DNA of 64,000 nucleotides from Magnetospiraceae bacterium. Its GTDB lineage: Bacteria > Pseudomonadota > Alphaproteobacteria > Rhodospirillales > JBMYUJ01. Shown here in pieces: positions 9,256-17,487 of this stretch (within the stretch, counting starts at the first letter, position 1; every line of letters starts with the position of its first letter). The notes under the pieces were generated by a model that was not told where the DNA came from, ran no database searches, and saw nothing but the letters and a program-made list of their open reading frames with translations. Made by a program: the position numbers and the translations under genes. The stretch lies in NCBI GenBank assembly GCA_049605255.1, contig JBMYUJ010000010.1, positions 2,199 to 66,198 of the forward strand. Reading direction: 5' to 3'.

Positions 9256-9318
9256 TTATGATTCCCTGAACGACTAGAATGGCTTCTTTGGGCTAAAGAC
9301 CAACTTTTTCTTTTGGCA

Positions 9319-9364
9319 AGAATAGCAGAATGGTCTTTGACGGTAAAATTGGACCAAAGTATCG
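9319..9364 (-). promoter_or_regulatory. Cluster palindromic box plus leftward -10 for the cupredoxin/Ped-ABC operon
   Basis: TTGGAC-CAAA-GTATCG at 9349-9364; minus-strand TATTCT at 9324-9319 (24-nt gap). Confidence 0.45.
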
Positions 9365-9401
9365 TTGTCTCGTTTTTTACAGCGGTGATAGGTGTTTTTG
9401 C

Positions 9402-9725
9402 ATGCCAATAGCCGTATACGATTTTTTTGCGCCTCTGGCCTGTGCCCTGGTCTTGCTCATGGCGGGTCCGGCTTGGGCAGGCGGCGTGATCACCATCGAC
9501 AACCAAACACGCCATGCGGTCAAAGTGGCAGCACCAGGCGGCGCGGCGGTTGTGGAACCCGGGGGGGACCCGGTGGCTGTCACGTTCGAGACGGATGCCC
9601 CCATCGGCCTCGACGTTAAGCTCTGGTGGGCGGATAAACCGCTCGAACTTTGTATCATCTTCACCCCCTGGGATCGGTCGATCATCGTCTCGGGGAAAAC
9701 CACAATATCTTGCAGGTCTTTATAG
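9402..9725 (+). CDS. Small exported hypothetical protein
   Basis: Signal peptide (GPAWA), beta-rich mature part with two Cys; start uncertain. Confidence 0.6.
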   Translation: MPIAVYDFFAPLACALVLLMAGPAWAGGVITIDNQTRHAVKVAAPGGAAVVEPGGDPVAVTFETDAPIGLDVKLWWADKPLELCIIFTPWDRSIIVSGKTTISCRSL

Positions 9726-9747
9726 GGGTTTGGTCTCTTTTTGTTCA

Positions 9748-9792
9748 TGCGACTTTTAGGGCATAGCGGACCCCAGACTGGGTTGATACGTT
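9748..9792 (+). promoter_or_regulatory. Cluster palindromic box plus -10 element upstream of the AOR operon
   Basis: TGCGAC-TTTT-AGGGCA at 9748-9763 (reverse complement TGCCCT-AAAA-GTCGCA); TACGTT at 9787-9792 (23-nt gap). Confidence 0.55.
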
Positions 9793-9851
9793 AAACATTA
9801 CGTCAGGTTCCGGGACTCCCGTCTCCGGCCTGCACGAGGGAGGAGATTTTT

Positions 9852-10331
9852 ATGAATAAGGCGTTATTGATCACGGTTGACAAATGCACCGGTTGCAATC
9901 AGTGCGAGTTGGCGTGTTCGTATCATCACGAGGGTATTTTCAATCCGGCGAAATCTCGGATTCGGGTTTTTCATTTTCATGATCAAGGCCGGTATGTGGC
10001 CTACACTTGCACGCAATGCACCGAAGCCTGGTGTCAGCAAGCCTGCCCGGTCAACGCGATTACGGTCGACGGCGCGACGGGCGCGAAGGTCGTTTCCGCC
10101 TCGCGCTGCGTGGGCTGCAAGGTCTGCACCATCGCCTGCCCGTTCGGCACGGTGAACTACAATGCCTCTTCCGGCAAGGTGGATAAATGCGACCTGTGCG
10201 GCGGCGATCCGGCCTGCGCGAAGGCCTGCCCGACGGGTGCGATCACCTATATCGATGAAGAAGCGACCGGGTATGACCGGATGATGGCCTGGGCGGCGAA
10301 GTCGGACGTTGGCTCTGAAGCCACGGCATGA
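9852..10331 (+). CDS. aorA: 4x[4Fe-4S] ferredoxin subunit of aldehyde oxidoreductase
   Basis: CTGCNQCELAC, CTQC...CQQACP, CVGCKVCTIACP, KCDLC...PACAKACP; strong GGAGGAG RBS; directly upstream of AOR. Confidence 0.9.
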   Translation: MNKALLITVDKCTGCNQCELACSYHHEGIFNPAKSRIRVFHFHDQGRYVAYTCTQCTEAWCQQACPVNAITVDGATGAKVVSASRCVGCKVCTIACPFGTVNYNASSGKVDKCDLCGGDPACAKACPTGAITYIDEEATGYDRMMAWAAKSDVGSEATA

Positions 10332-10367
10332 TGACAGCGGCACGGGTCTTAGGGAGGATTTTATAAC

Positions 10368-12218
10368 ATGGCATGGGCTGGAAAGATTTTACGTGTCGAC
10401 CTGTCGGCTGGCACGTTCAAGACCGAACCGCTGAACATGGAATGGGCGGCGCGCTATTTGGGTCAACGTGGGTTGGCCAGCAAGTATCTGGTGGAAGAGA
10501 TCGATCCGAAGGTGGATCCCCTCTCGCCGGATAACAAATTGATCTTCGCCACGGGGCCGCTGACGGGCACGTCCGCGTCCACCAGTGCGCGTTATTCGGT
10601 GATCACCAAGGGACCGCTGACCGGGGCCATTGCCTGCTCCAACTCTGGCGGCTATTTCGGGCCGGAACTGAAATTCGCCGGCTGGGATATGATTATCTTC
10701 GAGGGCCGCGCGCCGAAGCCGGTCTATTTGTTGCTGCGCGATGGTGATGCCAAGCTGGTAGATGCCGAAGGCTCCGTGTGGGGCAAGTCGGTTTGGGAAA
10801 CCGAAGAAACCATCAAGAAGGCGCATCAGGACCCGCAAATCAAGGTGGCCTCCATCGGCGTGGCGGGCGAAAGCGGCGCGTTGTTTGCCTGTATCGTCAA
10901 CGATATGCACCGGGCGGCGGGCCGTTCCGGCGTTGGCACCGTGATGGGGTCGAAGAACCTGAAAGCGGTGGCGGTACGGGGCACCAAGGGCACCAAGGTG
11001 CGCGATACGGCGGCGTTTGACGCGGCCGTCACGGCGGGTAAGGCCGTGTTGGCGGGCAATGCGGTGACCGGCCAGGGGCTGCCCACCTATGGCACCCAGG
11101 TGCTGATGAATGTGATCAATGAAACCGGCGCCTTGCCGACCCATAACTGCAAAGACGTGCAGATGGAGAATGCCGACGCCATCGGCGGTGAAGCCATGCA
11201 TCGGCCCCGGGTATCCGACGGCAAGGCCAATCTGGTCCGCAACCAGGCCTGTTTCGGCTGCACCATCGGCTGTGGCCGGGTATCGAAGATCGATCCGACC
11301 CACTTCACCGTGAAGGATCGCCCGGAATATCAAAAGGCCACCGGCGGGTTGGAATATGAAGCGGCCTGGGCGTTGGGGGCGGCCACCGGCGTGGATGATT
11401 TGGAAGCGCTGACCTTCGCCAACTCCATCTGCAACGAGCAGGGCATGGACCCCATCTCCTTCGGGGCCACGGTTGCCGCGGCCATGGAGCTGTATGAAGG
11501 CGGCAAGATCACCAAGGAACAGACCGGCGGGGTGGAACTGAAGTTCGGTTCCGCGGCGGCCCTGGTCGCCATGGTGGAAGCCACCGGCAAGGGAGAGGGC
11601 TTCGGGGTCGAGATCGGCCTGGGCTCCAAACGCTTGTGCGAGAAATATGGCGATCCGGACCTGTCCATGACCGTCAAGGGTCAGGAATTCCCGGCTTACG
11701 ATCCGCGCGGCATTCAGGGCATGGGCTTGACTTATGCCACATCAAACCGGGGAGCCTGCCACCTGCGCAGCTACACGGTGGCGTCTGAAGTGCTGGGTAT
11801 CCCAGAAAAGACTGACCCGCTGGAAACCGACGGCAAGGCCGGTTTGGTGAAGGCGTTCCAAGACGCGACGGCGGCCTTTGACAGCGCGGGCATATGCCTG
11901 TTCACCTCCTTCGCCTGGACCCTGGAGGACGTGGCACCGCAAGTGGCGGCGGCCTGTGACGGGAACTGGACCGTGGATAGCCTGCTGGAAGCGGGTGAGC
12001 GGATCTGGAACCTGGAGCGCAAGTTCAACATGGATGCGGGCCTGACGGCGGCGGATGATACCCTGCCCAAGCGCCTGTTGAAGGATGCGGCGAAGACCGG
12101 TCCCGCCAAGGGCAAGGTTAACGGGCTCGAAAAAATGCTGCCCGAATATTACGAGCTGCGCGGTTGGACACCGGACGGGGTGCCGACCAACGAGACCCTA
12201 TCCCGGCTCAACCTGTAG
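10368..12218 (+). CDS. aorB: Tungsten-containing aldehyde:ferredoxin oxidoreductase family catalytic subunit
   Basis: GKILRVDLS, GPLTG, SNSGGYFGPELKFAGWD, AAGRSGVGTVMGSKNLKAV, CFGCTIGC, EYE, YATSNRGACH, YY.LRGW. Confidence 0.95.
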   Translation: MAWAGKILRVDLSAGTFKTEPLNMEWAARYLGQRGLASKYLVEEIDPKVDPLSPDNKLIFATGPLTGTSASTSARYSVITKGPLTGAIACSNSGGYFGPELKFAGWDMIIFEGRAPKPVYLLLRDGDAKLVDAEGSVWGKSVWETEETIKKAHQDPQIKVASIGVAGESGALFACIVNDMHRAAGRSGVGTVMGSKNLKAVAVRGTKGTKVRDTAAFDAAVTAGKAVLAGNAVTGQGLPTYGTQVLMNVINETGALPTHNCKDVQMENADAIGGEAMHRPRVSDGKANLVRNQACFGCTIGCGRVSKIDPTHFTVKDRPEYQKATGGLEYEAAWALGAATGVDDLEALTFANSICNEQGMDPISFGATVAAAMELYEGGKITKEQTGGVELKFGSAAALVAMVEATGKGEGFGVEIGLGSKRLCEKYGDPDLSMTVKGQEFPAYDPRGIQGMGLTYATSNRGACHLRSYTVASEVLGIPEKTDPLETDGKAGLVKAFQDATAAFDSAGICLFTSFAWTLEDVAPQVAAACDGNWTVDSLLEAGERIWNLERKFNMDAGLTAADDTLPKRLLKDAAKTGPAKGKVNGLEKMLPEYYELRGWTPDGVPTNETLSRLNL

Positions 12219-12227
12219 CCGGTTACC

Positions 12228-12272
12228 GGATCAACCCGGGCGGGGTGGTTCTTCTGCCCCGCCTGGGTATCC
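12228..12272 (+). other. GC-rich intergenic stem-loop within the AOR operon
   Basis: ACCCGGGCGGGG...GCCCCGCCTGGGT inverted repeat between aorB and the MoaD-like gene; no directly adjacent U-tract. Confidence 0.5.
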
Positions 12273-12308
12273 GATACTTTATTTCCGAGGGAGGTCGCGG
12301 AGACGACC

Positions 12309-12560
12309 ATGCAAGTGACCGTCAAACTGTTCGCCAGCTTGGGGCAGTTCCTGCCCGCATCCGCCAAGAACAATAAAGCCGAAATGGATGTTGCGGACGC
12401 TTCGACCGTAACGGCAACCCTTTCACAACTCGGCGTCCCGGAAGATCAGTGCCATTTGGTCTTGGTCAACGGCGCCTATGTGGCGCCCAGTAGCCGCGCC
12501 ACTCACGCTCTTAATGACAATGACACGCTTGCCGTCTGGCCTCCCGTCGCCGGGGGGTAA
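12309..12560 (+). CDS. MoaD/ThiS family sulfur carrier (AOR-associated)
   Basis: VKLFASL, VLVNG, C-terminal PPVAGG. Confidence 0.92.
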   Translation: MQVTVKLFASLGQFLPASAKNNKAEMDVADASTVTATLSQLGVPEDQCHLVLVNGAYVAPSSRATHALNDNDTLAVWPPVAGG

Positions 12561-12637
12561 GTCGCGGCATCGATGCGTGATCCTTCAGGCAGGCTGACAC
12601 CATCGGAACCTCCGATGCAGTAGGATGGGAATGAAAA

Positions 12638-14020
12638 ATGGCCAATATTTTCAAACGTATTTTCGGTGGTGGCGGCGCGAATGATGCAGCGCCTGCGCCG
12701 AAACCCGCGGCGCCTTCAGCGCCATCGCCCACACCCGCACCTGCTGCGGCGCCAACGCCGCGAACCGATTTGCCCGACCGGGTCGACCATCTGATTGTGG
12801 GTGCCGGACCGGCGGGCGTGGTTGCGGCGGAAACCTTGCGCAAATTCGCGCCGGACGCGACGATCCTGATGATCGGTAAGGAGCCTGAGCCGCCGTATTC
12901 GCGCATGGCGCTGCCCTATTTCCTGACCGGAAACGTGGATGGGCAGGGCACCTACCTGCGCCCGGACCCAGGTTATCTGGAAAGCAAACATATCGATTAT
13001 CGCATTGGCCGGGTTTCCACCGTGGATGGGGCCGGGCATAGCGTGACCTTGGAGGACGGCAGCACCGTGCGCTATGGCAAGCTGCTGCTGTGCACGGGCG
13101 CCCATCCCATCGCGCCGCCGATTCCAGGCCTGGAAGGGGACCGGGTCTGGAACTGCTGGACCCTGGACGACGCCCGGCAGATCGAACGATTGGCCCAGCC
13201 GGGCGCCCAAGTCGTATTGATGGGGGCCGGTTTCATCGGCTGCATCATCCTGGAGACCCTGGTGGAACGGGGCGTGAAGCTGACCGTGGTCGAAGCCGGA
13301 GACCGCATGGTGCCCCGCATGATGGACCCGATTAGCGGTGGCTTGATCAAGAAATGGTGCATCGAAAAAGGCATCGATGTGCGCACCAGCACCAAGGTGG
13401 ACCGGGTGGACCCGACCGCCGACGGGTTGCTGGTTCATCTGGATAACGGGGACCAACTACCTGCGCAACTCTTGGTGGTGTCTGCCGGTGTGCGGGCCTA
13501 TACGGAATTCTTGGAGGGCAGCGGGATCAGGGTCGATAGCGGGATTCTCATCGATGATCGCATGCAGACCAATATCCCGGATATTTATGCGGCGGGAGAT
13601 TGCGCGCAGGGCCTGGATTTCACCACCGGCGAGCATGAGGTGCATGCCATTCAGCCGACGGCCACCGAACATGGGCGGGTCGCGGCGCAGAATATGGCGG
13701 GGGTCGATACGGTCTATCAGGGCAGCTTGCAGATGAACGTTCTGGATACGGCGGGGTTGATCTCCGGCTCGTTCGGCCATTGGCACGGCACGGAGGATAC
13801 CTCCGAAGTGCTGGACGAAGAGAACTACAAGTTCCTTCGCCTGATTTTTGAGGGCAACCATCTGGTGGGCGCGGTCAGCCTGGGGCGGACCGATCATCTG
13901 GGTGCCATTCGCGGTTTGATCCAATCTGGCGCGCCGCTGGATGAGTGGAAGGACGTGCTGAAAGCCGACCCGCATCGGATCATGGATACCTATGTGGGTC
14001 TGACGGAAAAGGTCATTTAA
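12638..14020 (+). CDS. aorC: FAD/NAD(P)-dependent oxidoreductase subunit of AOR, with N-terminal extension
   Basis: GAGPAG, EPEPPYSR, GAGFIG, TNIPDIYAAGDCA; operon with aorAB. Confidence 0.85.
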   Translation: MANIFKRIFGGGGANDAAPAPKPAAPSAPSPTPAPAAAPTPRTDLPDRVDHLIVGAGPAGVVAAETLRKFAPDATILMIGKEPEPPYSRMALPYFLTGNVDGQGTYLRPDPGYLESKHIDYRIGRVSTVDGAGHSVTLEDGSTVRYGKLLLCTGAHPIAPPIPGLEGDRVWNCWTLDDARQIERLAQPGAQVVLMGAGFIGCIILETLVERGVKLTVVEAGDRMVPRMMDPISGGLIKKWCIEKGIDVRTSTKVDRVDPTADGLLVHLDNGDQLPAQLLVVSAGVRAYTEFLEGSGIRVDSGILIDDRMQTNIPDIYAAGDCAQGLDFTTGEHEVHAIQPTATEHGRVAAQNMAGVDTVYQGSLQMNVLDTAGLISGSFGHWHGTEDTSEVLDEENYKFLRLIFEGNHLVGAVSLGRTDHLGAIRGLIQSGAPLDEWKDVLKADPHRIMDTYVGLTEKVI

Positions 14021-14029
14021 CGGCGGTTT

Positions 14030-14107
14030 TTCGACCAAAGTTGGGCGTTGCAATGCGCTAATCCGACCAAAGTCGAGCGGAAAGGAGTCAAGCCAGTCGC
14101 GTATAAC
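14030..14107 (+). promoter_or_regulatory. Tandem cluster palindromic boxes plus -10 upstream of pedF
   Basis: TTCGAC-CAAA-GTTGGG (14030-14045) and TCCGAC-CAAA-GTCGAG (14062-14077); TATAAC at 14102-14107 (24-nt gap). Confidence 0.7.
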
Positions 14108-14160
14108 GGATACCAGACAACGGGCAACAGGGCCTGGGGCGAAACGAGGGTAGACGGACA

Positions 14161-14598
14161 ATGATGCGACGCGGTTTTGGGTTTTCTCTGACAGTTTTGA
14201 TCGGATTGGCTTTGGGGTCTCAAGCCTACGGCCATGGTGACGTGACCCCGCAAGCGGTGGATACCACGGGCCTGCCGGAGCTGGGCGATGAATGGGCGGA
14301 AACCAATCCTTTCCGGGATAGCGCGGAATATAAGGAACGGGCAATCGAGATCGGCTCTTCCGCCTACAATCAGAATTGCGCGCGGTGCCATGGCTTGGAA
14401 GCGATTTCCGGCGGTATCGCGCCCGACCTGAGATATTTGGAAGAAGATTTCGACGGCGATGAATGGTTCAAGGAGCGGGTCCGGGGCGGTGCTGTTCGCG
14501 ATGGCAAGGTCTATATGCCGAAGTTCGAAGGCGTTATCAGCCAAGAAGGTTTGTGGGCCATCCGCACCTATATCGACTCCCGCTCGGATGAGGATTGA
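14161..14598 (+). CDS. pedF: Cytochrome c-550 PedF/ExaB, electron acceptor of PQQ-ADH
   Basis: HGDVTPQAVDT.GLP.LG, YNQNCARCHGLEAISGGIAPDLRYL, G.VYMP.F. Confidence 0.92.
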   Translation: MMRRGFGFSLTVLIGLALGSQAYGHGDVTPQAVDTTGLPELGDEWAETNPFRDSAEYKERAIEIGSSAYNQNCARCHGLEAISGGIAPDLRYLEEDFDGDEWFKERVRGGAVRDGKVYMPKFEGVISQEGLWAIRTYIDSRSDED

Positions 14599-15496
14599 TC
14601 CCCTGAGCTATTCCGGGCAGTATCGCCACCTCGGCTTTGTTTTCCTCGCCTTTCTGTTTGTAATGATAAGCGCGATACCCCCCCGGGCTGTCGCGCTTAC
14701 GTTTGATGAGATCCAAGAAAAAGGCGAGATCATCGTCGCCGTCTATCGGGATTTTCCGCCGTTCTCTTACCGAGATGCAAATGGCACGTTGGTGGGGATC
14801 GACGTGGACATCGCCGCGCAGATTGCGAATTCCTTAGATGTGCGGCTCACCGTCTTTGAACTGACCGCCGATGAGACCGTGCAGGACGATCTGCGCAACG
14901 CGGTCTGGAAGGGTCATTACCTGGGCGGGTTGGTGGCCGATGTGATGCTGCATGTGCCTTATGATCGGGCTTTTTCTCTGCAAAACAACCAGGTATTTTT
15001 CTTCGGCGCCTATCTGGAGGAAGCCATCCACTTGACCTGGAATCCGGATACGGTGGGCGCCAAGCCGACCTTGGCGGTCTTCCGCTTCGAAAAAATCGGC
15101 GTCGAATTGGATACCTTGGCGGACTTCGCCCTGACATCCTTCAACGGCGGTATGATCCGCGAGAATGTGCTGCATTACCGCACCATCGAGGAAGCCGCCC
15201 AAGCCATGCGGGCGGGCGAGGTGCAGGCCATCCTGGCCACCCGCAGCCAGCTCGATCACGCCTTCCACGCGGATGCTGTTAAACCCCCGGTGGGCCCCGT
15301 TCTGCTGTCTGGCGTTGCCAAGCCGAAATGGCTGATCGGCGCGGCGGTCAAGCATACCTACCGACAACTGGGGTATGCGGTGGGGGATATCCTGGCCGCC
15401 ATGGTGAATGATGGCACCATGGAACAGATCTTCGCCAAACATGGCATTACCTACCGCCCCCCGCCGGACTCTCTGCTCGGCGCCACCGCACAATAG
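14588..15496 (+). CDS. Periplasmic substrate-binding family 3 protein (PedG/MoxJ-like role inferred)
   Basis: VAVYRDFPPFSY, GIDVDIA, ADETVQDDLRNAVWKGHYLG, ADVMLHVPYD; follows pedF. Confidence 0.82.
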   Translation: MRIDPLSYSGQYRHLGFVFLAFLFVMISAIPPRAVALTFDEIQEKGEIIVAVYRDFPPFSYRDANGTLVGIDVDIAAQIANSLDVRLTVFELTADETVQDDLRNAVWKGHYLGGLVADVMLHVPYDRAFSLQNNQVFFFGAYLEEAIHLTWNPDTVGAKPTLAVFRFEKIGVELDTLADFALTSFNGGMIRENVLHYRTIEEAAQAMRAGEVQAILATRSQLDHAFHADAVKPPVGPVLLSGVAKPKWLIGAAVKHTYRQLGYAVGDILAAMVNDGTMEQIFAKHGITYRPPPDSLLGATAQ

Positions 15497-15513
15497 CCGC
15501 GTCACGCCCCCCA

Positions 15514-15558
15514 TTCGACCAAGGTCGGATATGGGGCTTTATCCGTATTTGCTAATAT
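15514..15558 (+). promoter_or_regulatory. Cluster palindromic box plus -10 upstream of the SoxYZ-like gene
   Basis: TTCGAC-CAAG-GTCGGA at 15514-15529; TAATAT at 15553-15558 (23-nt gap). Confidence 0.7.
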
Positions 15559-15584
15559 CCCCTGAATAACATTGGGGATGTGCT

Positions 15585-16379
15585 ATGGTTTGGAAGGCAG
15601 CAATAGCCTGCGCGCTAACAGTTGCGCTTGTCAGTCCGCGCGCGAGCGCCGCGGCGGAAACCATCCCCGATCCGCTGCAATCTCCCTATTGGGACGTGAT
15701 GCAGGACGTGATGTTTGATGCGGCCCCCGTGGTGATGGATGACCGGGTGCGCGTAATCGCGCCCACCACCGCCGAAGATAATCTTCAGGTGCCGGTATCG
15801 ATAGACGCGTCGAGTTTGGGGAAAGTTCAGGAACTCATCGTGTTTGCCGACCTCAACCCCATCAGCAAGGTGGCCCATTTCTATCCGGAGCGGGCGCGGC
15901 CCTACCTGGAGCTGCGCCTGAAGGTAAACCAGGCAACTCCCATCCGGGCGGCGGCGCTGACCGAAGATGGCGTCTGGCATGTGGGTGGTGTTTGGGTGGA
16001 CGCGGCTGGTGGTGGCTGTACAACCCCCTCCATGGGCATGACCAGCGGGGATTGGACGGAGACTTTGGGGCATGTGCAGGCCCGGGTCTGGGATAGGAAA
16101 GCGCAGGGCGATCGGTTGCGGTTCCGGGTGATGCATCCCATGGATACCGGGTTGGTGGACGGCATTCCGGCCTTTTACATCGAAACCTTGACGGTGACGG
16201 ATGCAGAAGGCGCTGCGATCGCGCGGCTCGAAACCTTTGAGCCGGTCATGGAAAACCCGGTCTTCAGCATCGAGGTAGACCCGTCCCATCGGGCGGCGAA
16301 GGGCTATACGGTTATGGGCGTCGACAATAACGGAAACCAGGTAAATGCCTTCGTTCCCCGGGATGGCAACGGTTCCTGA
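15585..16379 (+). CDS. Quinoprotein dehydrogenase-associated SoxYZ-like carrier (fused)
   Basis: Signal peptide; AED...VPV, AAGGGC swinging-arm motif, HPMDTGLVDGIPAFYIE SoxZ-like part. Confidence 0.88.
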   Translation: MVWKAAIACALTVALVSPRASAAAETIPDPLQSPYWDVMQDVMFDAAPVVMDDRVRVIAPTTAEDNLQVPVSIDASSLGKVQELIVFADLNPISKVAHFYPERARPYLELRLKVNQATPIRAAALTEDGVWHVGGVWVDAAGGGCTTPSMGMTSGDWTETLGHVQARVWDRKAQGDRLRFRVMHPMDTGLVDGIPAFYIETLTVTDAEGAAIARLETFEPVMENPVFSIEVDPSHRAAKGYTVMGVDNNGNQVNAFVPRDGNGS

Positions 16380-17343
16380 CGTGGCCCGGGCCCCGCGCGT
16401 TATCCCGCTTTTTATCGTTTGGGTATGCCTATTTGGGGCTTTCCTGTTCGCGGCTGGAACGGCCTTTTCCGCCGAAAAATCCTATAATCTGAGTCCCCGT
16501 GAAGTGGCGCCGGGCACCTTTGTTTTCGAAGGCCGTCAGGAATATTTTTCCTTCGAAAACGGGGGCAATATTGTCAACACCGGGTTCATCGTCACCGAAA
16601 CCGGGATCATCGTGATCGATACAGGGCCGTCACGGCTCTATGGCGAGCAGATGCGCGCCGCGATCCGGCAGATCAGTGTCAAGCCCATCGTCAAGGTGTT
16701 CAATACCCATCACCATCCAGACCATTTCCTTGGCAACCAGGCCTATTTCGATACGCCCATTACCGCCCTATCTACCACTCGGGAGGGAATTGTCCAGGAG
16801 GGGGACACGTTTTTGCAGAACATGTACCGCCTGGCCGGGGATTTCATGCGCGGGACGGAGGTGTTTGCCCCAACGGAATCCATTTCAGTATCGGTGCAAA
16901 CCATCGCAGGCCGGGAACTGCGTTTCTACGCCTTGCAGGGGCACGATCATGCGGACCTGGCGATTTTCGATCCAACCACGGGTGTCTTGTTCGCCGGGGA
17001 TCTGGTGTTCAAATTTCAGGCGCCCACCACGCCGCACGCCCATATTGGCAATTGGTTGGAGGCCTTGGCGCAATTAGAGGAAATTCCGTTCCGCGTGATC
17101 GTGCCTGGTCATGGCCCGGTGCATCGTGACCAAAGCGGCATTGCGGAAACCCGCGATTATCTCACTTGGCTGGAAGCGCACCTGCGCGAAGCCCTGGCGG
17201 CGGGCGCCGATATGATGGAAACCATGGCTTCGCCCCTACCAGACCGCTTCGCCGACTGGGCGGTCGTCAAAGAAGAATACGCGCGGTCGGTCAGCCATCT
17301 TTTTCCGGCTCTCGAAGCTGAGATTCTGCCGCAGGTGAACTGA
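16363..17343 (+). CDS. Quinoprotein relay system zinc metallohydrolase (SoxH-like MBL fold)
   Basis: NGGNIVN, VIDTGPS, THHHPDHFLGN, GH, GDLVF, VPGHG; start uncertain (16363 or nearby). Confidence 0.87.
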   Translation: MATVPDVARAPRVIPLFIVWVCLFGAFLFAAGTAFSAEKSYNLSPREVAPGTFVFEGRQEYFSFENGGNIVNTGFIVTETGIIVIDTGPSRLYGEQMRAAIRQISVKPIVKVFNTHHHPDHFLGNQAYFDTPITALSTTREGIVQEGDTFLQNMYRLAGDFMRGTEVFAPTESISVSVQTIAGRELRFYALQGHDHADLAIFDPTTGVLFAGDLVFKFQAPTTPHAHIGNWLEALAQLEEIPFRVIVPGHGPVHRDQSGIAETRDYLTWLEAHLREALAAGADMMETMASPLPDRFADWAVVKEEYARSVSHLFPALEAEILPQVN

Positions 17344-17367
17344 CGCGCCGCGCCGAGCGGGCGCCCC

Positions 17368-17412
17368 TACGACTTTTGACGAATTGTTTTCCACCGTTCT
17401 GTCAACGAGAAT
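17368..17412 (+). promoter_or_regulatory. Cluster palindromic box plus -10-like element upstream of PQQ-ADH
   Basis: TACGAC-TTTT-GACGAA at 17368-17383; GAGAAT at 17407-17412 (23-nt gap). Confidence 0.6.
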
Positions 17413-17487
17413 TCCAAAATCAGCAATGGGGATTGTTGAGCGTCGTCTCACTCCTCGAGGCGCGCGAAACAAAGGGAGGAAAATCAT

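Noticed and set aside
15555..15581. Hairpin ATATCCCC/GGGGATGT sequestering the RBS of the SoxYZ-like gene
   Set aside because: The 5' arm overlaps the predicted -10 element, so it would be absent from the transcript made from that promoter
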